64,000 nt of DNA from Dehalococcoidia bacterium. Lineage in GTDB: Bacteria > Chloroflexota > Dehalococcoidia > UBA2979. A model generated the notes under the pieces. The model worked only from the letters and a program-made list of their open reading frames with translations, was not told the origin of the DNA and ran no database searches. Positions 58,937-64,000 of this stretch are shown piece by piece; the first letter of the stretch is position 1, and the number at the start of each line of letters is the position of its first letter. Position numbers and translations under genes: made by a program. Location of the stretch: contig OZ219872.1 of the NCBI GenBank assembly GCA_964291495.2, positions 736,001 through 800,000 of the forward strand, in the 5' to 3' direction.

Positions 58937-59668
58937 TCAGACGAAGTAGTCGCCCGCGTACGGCTGGAAGCGCCGGAACGACTCGGCGTGCGTGCAGCCC
59001 GGCAGCCCACCGATGCCGGACGCCTCGACGCCGCGCGCCTCGGTGTGCGGCGGCCAGCGATCGAGCAGCCCCGGCTGCGACACCTCGAAGCAGCGCAGCG
59101 CCTCGTACTTCTGCTCGACCACCGGGCCGATGTCGATGTAGGTGTCCGGCACGTAGCCGAGGATCGGCTGGCTCAGGATGTCCGGCTCGAAGTGGAAGAT
59201 CTTCGCCCGCGGCAGCGCCTCGCCCGCCATCGTCGCCTGCGCCCTCGCCAGCCCCGTCGCGCGGATCACGGTCTCCGCGACGGTCTGGTGATCGCGGTTC
59301 GTCGGCTCGTACGTCCAGTGGGTGAGGATGATGTCCGGCTTGAAGTCGCGCAGCTGGTCGATGTAGAGCTGCATCCGCTCCTGGTCGATCACCAGCGGGT
59401 TGTCGTCCAGGTCGAGGAACTCGATCTCCACGCCCAGCGTGCGCGCGGCCGCCTCGGCCTCGGAGCGCCGGATCGCCTTCACGGACTCGACGGTCGCGCC
59501 CGGCTCCTTCCAGCGCGGCGCGGACTCGCCGCGCTCGCCGAAGGTGGCGCTCACCACCTTCACGCGCGCCCCGGCCTGCAGGTAGCGGATCGCCGTGCCG
59601 CCGGCGCGGAAGCAGTAGTCGGCGGCGTGCGCGCCGAAGATCATCACGCTCGCATCGGGACCAAGCAT
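58937..59668 (-). CDS. PIG-L/LmbE family protein, 4-oxalomesaconate hydratase GalB-like
   Basis: AHAADYCFRAGG, FGERGES..W, RRSEAEAAA, DH, AESF. Confidence 0.8.
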   Translation of the reverse strand: MLGPDASVMIFGAHAADYCFRAGGTAIRYLQAGARVKVVSATFGERGESAPRWKEPGATVESVKAIRRSEAEAAARTLGVEIEFLDLDDNPLVIDQERMQLYIDQLRDFKPDIILTHWTYEPTNRDHQTVAETVIRATGLARAQATMAGEALPRAKIFHFEPDILSQPILGYVPDTYIDIGPVVEQKYEALRCFEVSQPGLLDRWPPHTEARGVEASGIGGLPGCTHAESFRRFQPYAGDYFV

Positions 59669-59678
59669 CTCCTGCCTC

Positions 59679-60860
59679 CTACCAGTCGCCGACGCTGCCG
59701 TCGGCGAGCACCGGGTGACCCGTGTCGCGACCCTGGAACGGGTAGCGCTCGGCGATCGACTCGTCGAACTTGATGCCGATGCCCGGCGCCTGCGGCAGGT
59801 CGACGTAGCCGTCCGTGACGACGAGCGGCTCGACCAGCATCTCGTCCCACAGCGCGTCGCCGCCGATCGGGATCGAGCTCTCCTGGATGATGAAGTTGGG
59901 CGTGCAGGCCGCGATGTGCAGGCTCGCCAGCGTCACCCCCGGCCCTCGAGGGTTGTGCGGGGCGATGCCCATGAAGTACGTCTCCGCCGCCGCGGCGATG
60001 CGCCGCGTCTCGGAGATGCCGCCTGCGTGGCCGAGGTCCGGCTGCAGCACGGCGACGGCCTGCGACTCGATCGTCGTGCGGAAGTCCCAGCGGTTGTACA
60101 TCCGCTCGCCCGTGGCGAGCGGCACGTTCGTCGCCGCCGAGACCAGCAGCATCGCGTCGACGTTGCGCGGCGGCACCGGCTCCTCGAAGAACAGCAGGTC
60201 GAGCGGCTCGAGGGCGTTCGCGATCTCGATCGCCACGGTCGGCGTCTGCTTGCCGTGCGCGTCGACCATGACCTTCATGTCGTCGCCGACGGCGTCGCGC
60301 ACGGCGGCGATGTTCTCGTACGTCTCCTGCACCTTCTTGCGGTCGCTGATCCATTCCGCAGTACCGGGAATCCCGGTCTTGAAGGCGCGGTAGCCCTCCT
60401 CGATGCGCTGGTGCGTGCGATCGACGATCTCCTCGCGGCTGGCGCCGCCGGGGTGGGTGTAGAGCAGGATGCGGTCGCGCACCGCGCCGCCCATGAGGCG
60501 CCAGACCGGCACGCCGAAGCGCTTCCCTGCGATGTCCCACAGCGCCTGGTCGATGGCGCTCTGCGCGGTCATCAGGATCACGCCGCCGCGCTGGAAGCTG
60601 TTGCGGTAGAGCACCTGCCAGTGGCGCTCGATCAGGCTGTCGTCCTGGCCGACGAGGTACTCCGCGAAGTCCTCGACGGCGCCGGCGACGGCCCGCGTCT
60701 TGTGCGGGAGGGTGCCCTCCCCGAAGCCCTCGAGGCCGTCGTCCGTGCGGATCCGCACGATCATCATGTTGCCGCGGCCCCCGTAGCGGGCCGCGTCTGC
60801 GCCACCGGTGCCCTGTTCGAAATTGACCATGAACGGCCGCACTTCGACGATGCGCGACAT
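59679..60860 (-). CDS. Galactonate dehydratase-like enolase-superfamily enzyme, copy A
   Basis: IERHWQ..YR..F.RGG, DQALWDI, VDAHG, FFEEP, TGER, QPD, APHNP. Confidence 0.88.
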   Translation of the reverse strand: MSRIVEVRPFMVNFEQGTGGADAARYGGRGNMMIVRIRTDDGLEGFGEGTLPHKTRAVAGAVEDFAEYLVGQDDSLIERHWQVLYRNSFQRGGVILMTAQSAIDQALWDIAGKRFGVPVWRLMGGAVRDRILLYTHPGGASREEIVDRTHQRIEEGYRAFKTGIPGTAEWISDRKKVQETYENIAAVRDAVGDDMKVMVDAHGKQTPTVAIEIANALEPLDLLFFEEPVPPRNVDAMLLVSAATNVPLATGERMYNRWDFRTTIESQAVAVLQPDLGHAGGISETRRIAAAAETYFMGIAPHNPRGPGVTLASLHIAACTPNFIIQESSIPIGGDALWDEMLVEPLVVTDGYVDLPQAPGIGIKFDESIAERYPFQGRDTGHPVLADGSVGDW

Positions 60861-60902
60861 CGCTCCTCCTTGATTCGTAACGCTGGTTGCTGGTCAGGCT
60901 CG

Positions 60903-60938
60903 TTGATACGCGCGGCCTGCGGGACAGTCAAACCGATT
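60903..60938 (-). promoter_or_regulatory. Sigma70-like promoter TTGACT-N17-TATCAA with an adjacent AATCGGTT LacI-like core
   Basis: Exact 17-bp spacing on the minus strand upstream of the AAGGAGGAG RBS of copy A. Confidence 0.55.
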
Positions 60939-60997
60939 GCTCTGTCCATCTCCCCGAGAAGCCCGTCGCCTCACGCCATCGCAGGGCGCTCCGGCGC

Positions 60998-61250
60998 CCT
61001 CTCCCCTCGTGGAGACCTTTGCGAAACTCCCGCAAGCCCCTCCGGCCCCCTCTCCCTGGGGAGAGGGCGGGGGTGAGGGGGAGGACTCCCGCGCCCCTTC
61101 GAAAGCCCCGACGGCGCAACGAAACTCCAGAGGGCGGACCCTCCCTCACCCTGACCCTCTCCCTCGGGGAGAGGGGACCGGAGGGGATGCGCTCGCTGCC
61201 CCGAGGAGAGGGTTACGCAAAGGCCCGCGGGAGAGGGCAGGTGTGAGGGG
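60998..61250. repeat. REP-like palindrome cluster
   Basis: CCCCTCTCCC-n-GGGAGAGGGCGGGGGTGAGGG and the inverted CCCTCACCCTGACCCTCTCCC-n-GGGAGAGGG. Confidence 0.82.
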
Positions 61251-61315
61251 CGCCGCGCGGCTGCGCGGCCAACGAGGACAAACGAGACGTTCGAGGAGCA
61301 GGTGCGCGGAGGATC

Positions 61316-61564
61316 CTAGCCGGCAGCCACGATCACAGCGGTGGCGACCCCGATCGCGACGAGGAGCGTGCCGAGCGTCCAGGCGGTCTGCCTGTGCATC
61401 TCGCTCTCGAGTCTTGCGACAGCCGTATCCAGATCGTGCTTCGTGGCGACGGTCGCGCCGAAGCCTCCGGCGAGCGTGGTGACGATGGCGTCTGCCTGCG
61501 GCTCCGGGAGTCCTGCCTCCTGGAGCTGCTTGCTCGCTGCGAGTGTGTCGAACGCCACCACCAT
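61316..61564 (-). CDS. DUF1640/CCDC90-like small coiled-coil membrane protein
   Basis: FDTL..L.EAG..QA.AIV, VATKHDL, C-terminal TM helix. Confidence 0.75.
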   Translation of the reverse strand: MVVAFDTLAASKQLQEAGLPEPQADAIVTTLAGGFGATVATKHDLDTAVARLESEMHRQTAWTLGTLLVAIGVATAVIVAAG

Positions 61565-61619
61565 GACTCACGCATGCTAACACATCCGCGAAGGCCCGCA
61601 GCGCGGTGGGCGGGCGGAC

Positions 61620-61648
61620 CTGGATTCCGGCTTGCGCCGGAATGACGG
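61620..61648. repeat. GTCATTCCGGC-n-GCCGGAATCCAG type palindrome
   Basis: ATTCCGGC-TTGC-GCCGGAAT stem just after the stop of copy B. Confidence 0.65.
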
Positions 61649-61661
61649 GAGGGGGAAACGC

Positions 61662-62840
61662 CTACCAGTCGCCGACGCCGCCGTCGGCGACCGTCGGGTG
61701 GGCCGTGTCGGCGCCCGTGTAGGGGAAGCGGTCGAGCAGCGCCTCGTCGAACGTGATGCCGAGGCCGGGCGCACGCGGCAGGTCGACGTAGCCGTCGCTG
61801 ACCGACAGTGGCTCGACGAGCATTGCGTCCCACAGTTCACTGCTCCCGCCGCGGGGAATCGCCGACTCCTGGATGATGAAGTTGGGCGTGCAGGCCGCGA
61901 TGTGCAGGCTCGCCAGCGTCACCCCCGGCCCTCGAGGGTTGTGCGGGGCGATGCCCATGAAGTAGGTCTCCGCCGCCGCGCTGATGCGGCGCGTCTCGGA
62001 GATGCCGCCCGCGTGGCCGAGGTCCGGCTGCAGCACGGCGACGGCCTGCGACTCGATCGTCGTGCGGAAGTCCCAGCGGTTGTACATCCGCTCGCCGGTC
62101 GCAAGGGGAACGGTGACCGCATTCCGGACCAGCAGCATCGCCTCGACGTTGCGCGGCGGCACCGGCTCCTCGAGAAACAGCAGGTCCAGCGGCTCGAGCG
62201 CATGCCCGAGCTCGATCGCCACGGTCGGCGAGAGCTTGCCGTGGCAGTCCAGCATCAGCTTGACGTCGTCGCCGACCGCCTCGCGGACTGCGGCGACCAG
62301 CTCGAAGGTCGTCTCCACCAGCGGCGTGTCGCGGATCGGCTCGGGCGACGGGGCGATCGTCAGCTTGAGGGCGCGGTAGCCCTCCTCGACACGCTCCAGC
62401 GAGTGCTGGACGACCAGATCGCGGTCCCAGCCGCCGGGGTGGGTGTAGAGCAGGATGCGATCGCGCACCGCGCCGCCCATGAGTTGCCAGATCGGCACGC
62501 CGAAGCGCTTCCCGGCGATGTCCCACAACGCCTGATCGATGGCGCTCTGGGCGGTCATCATGATCACGCCGCCTCGCTGGAAGCTGTTGCGGTAGAGCAC
62601 CTGCCAGTGGCGCTCGATCAGGCTGTCGTCCTGCCCGACGAGGTACTCCGCGAAGTCCTCGACGGCGCCGGCGACCGCGCGCGCCTTGTGCGGGAGGCTC
62701 CCCTCGCCGAAGCCTTCCATGCCGTCGTCCGTACGGATCCGCACGATCACCATGCCACCACGGCGAGGGCGCTCGCGGCCCGTGATGTTCTCGACTTCCA
62801 GGCCCACCTTGAACGGCGTCACCTCAACGATTCTCGCCAT
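61662..62840 (-). CDS. Galactonate dehydratase-like enolase-superfamily enzyme, copy B
   Basis: Same motifs as copy A; long stretches of identical nucleotides. Confidence 0.88.
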   Translation of the reverse strand: MARIVEVTPFKVGLEVENITGRERPRRGGMVIVRIRTDDGMEGFGEGSLPHKARAVAGAVEDFAEYLVGQDDSLIERHWQVLYRNSFQRGGVIMMTAQSAIDQALWDIAGKRFGVPIWQLMGGAVRDRILLYTHPGGWDRDLVVQHSLERVEEGYRALKLTIAPSPEPIRDTPLVETTFELVAAVREAVGDDVKLMLDCHGKLSPTVAIELGHALEPLDLLFLEEPVPPRNVEAMLLVRNAVTVPLATGERMYNRWDFRTTIESQAVAVLQPDLGHAGGISETRRISAAAETYFMGIAPHNPRGPGVTLASLHIAACTPNFIIQESAIPRGGSSELWDAMLVEPLSVSDGYVDLPRAPGLGITFDEALLDRFPYTGADTAHPTVADGGVGDW

Positions 62841-62905
62841 GCGCCGCTCTCACCTTCCTCGCGTCGGGCTCTCGTGTTGCTGCGCTTCGCGCGGCGCGGC
62901 CTCCG

Positions 62906-63334
62906 TCAGGCGTCGAGGCGGGCGACGTTGTCGAAGAAGCGCTGCAGGCTGGGGTTGTAGCGGAAGAACTTGTCCGCCCGGTAGCCGTCGCCCTGCTCGT
63001 TGCTGTGGATCGGGTCATCCATGCTCAGGTCGAGCGAGTTGAGCGTGTGGTCGCCCGTCGCCCGCCCGTTCGCGCGGATGTCGTCGATCATCTCCTGCCA
63101 CAGCTCCGGCGGCATGTTGATCACGAAGTCGGCCTCGGCCAGCTCCTCGTCGTTCGCCTCGCGCACGTCCGTGCAGGTCAGCACCTCGAAGGTGAGGCGG
63201 TAGCCCGCCTCGCCGATGCGCAGCCCGACGACCGCGTCGAGGCGCCCGATCTTCCGGAAGTCCTCGTCCTCGTTCGCCAGGTCCGCCAGCGCCTGCAGCC
63301 ACTCCACCGAGGGGAAGGTCAACACCGTCACCAT
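62906..63334 (-). CDS. SCP2 sterol-binding-like domain protein
   Basis: FPSVEWLQAL..L.N.D..F, ADFVI; AGGAG RBS. Confidence 0.65.
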   Translation of the reverse strand: MVTVLTFPSVEWLQALADLANEDEDFRKIGRLDAVVGLRIGEAGYRLTFEVLTCTDVREANDEELAEADFVINMPPELWQEMIDDIRANGRATGDHTLNSLDLSMDDPIHSNEQGDGYRADKFFRYNPSLQRFFDNVARLDA

Positions 63335-63360
63335 GCCACTCCTGCCACTGCGTTGCCGTA

Positions 63361-63657
63361 CTAGAACTCGATCGGTTCGCCCGGATCGTCGACCTCATCG
63401 AACGAGGTCAGCCGCTCGAGGTGCCGCATCGGCTCCGCCTCCGGCGTCCCCGCGATCAGATCGTCGACCATCTGCTTGTACTTTGGATCGAGGTCACGGA
63501 TCTGGTCGACCTCGCGGCGCGTGATCGCGAACGGCGAGATCATCCGCTCGATCTGCGGCGAGCCGCACTCGGTGCAGCCCGAGGGCTCGCGGTCGCCGCG
63601 CACGAGCGCCTCGAAGCGGGATGCGCACGCGTCGCACTCGTAGACGTGGATCGGCAC
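63361..63657 (-). CDS. FmdB family zinc-ribbon protein
   Basis: MPIHVYECDAC..FE..CTECGS..ERMIS. Confidence 0.85.
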   Translation of the reverse strand: MPIHVYECDACASRFEALVRGDREPSGCTECGSPQIERMISPFAITRREVDQIRDLDPKYKQMVDDLIAGTPEAEPMRHLERLTSFDEVDDPGEPIEF

Positions 63658-63658
63658 G

Positions 63659-64000
63659 CTAGCCCGCCGCCTCGCCGGCTGCGTCCGCAGCGCCGTTGGT
63701 GCTCGGCTCCTCGAGGTTCTCGCGCATCCTCGAGGTGAGCCACGGATCGCGGTCGAGGCCGATCCAGCTCATGCGCGCGAGGTAGGCGCGCGTCCAGTCG
63801 CGGCGCATCCGGCGCACGAGTTGCATCCCCGCGTCCATGCCGCGTACGCCGCCGCCGAAGACGATTGCGAGCGCCTCCTGCAGCACGTGGTCATCCTCGT
63901 CGCGGTTGACCGCGGCCTCCGCGCCGACCAGCGCGCGGTTCCAGGAGTCCCGGAACTCCGGCTCGCTGCTCAGCCCGTAGCGCGAGTGCTCCATGCCGTA
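63659..64000 (-). CDS. C-terminal part of a probable ferritin-like (di-iron) protein, truncated at the window edge
   Basis: Open frame from 64000: YGMEHSRY followed by helical sequence; the expected ExxH would lie just outside the window. Confidence 0.5.
   Translation of the reverse strand, partial: YGMEHSRYGLSSEPEFRDSWNRALVGAEAAVNRDEDDHVLQEALAIVFGGGVRGMDAGMQLVRRMRRDWTRAYLARMSWIGLDRDPWLTSRMRENLEEPSTNGAADAAGEAAG

Overview
A very GC-rich bacterial chromosomal segment, densely coding with about 55 genes and one tRNA-Gly(CCC). Gene style suggests Chloroflexota, probably Dehalococcoidia/SAR202-like (F420/LLM oxidoreductases, family III CoA transferases, Pro/Thr-rich lipoproteins, a Tat-lipoprotein peptide/nickel-type binding protein, TANNNT boxes just upstream of start codons); this is inference only. 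Contents in order: etfA end and coaE; a NirQ/CbbQ AAA+ ATPase, metallophosphoesterase and giant vWA operon with no visible client; three HEXXH lipoprotein paralogs; an Xdh-family Mo subunit; a stand-alone PD-(D/E)XK nuclease; cinA; acyl-CoA catabolic genes including tandem carboxyltransferases and a MaoC/Ltp2-like module; an atypical two-gene orphan plus ParB-like island; a 1.4-kb insertion flanked by a 60-bp duplication of a gene 3' end; a 17-kb sugar-acid/hydroxy-acid catabolic cluster (SlcC-like, LarA-like, three enolase-superfamily dehydratases, GalB-like, ABC transporter); and the tail of a ferritin-like/Zn-ribbon/SCP2 operon. A family of GC-rich REP-like palindromes occurs at five loci, including a 4x ~105-bp tandem array. 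No CRISPR array, integrase or transposase is visible. Functional calls come from motif recognition by eye, not from database searches.
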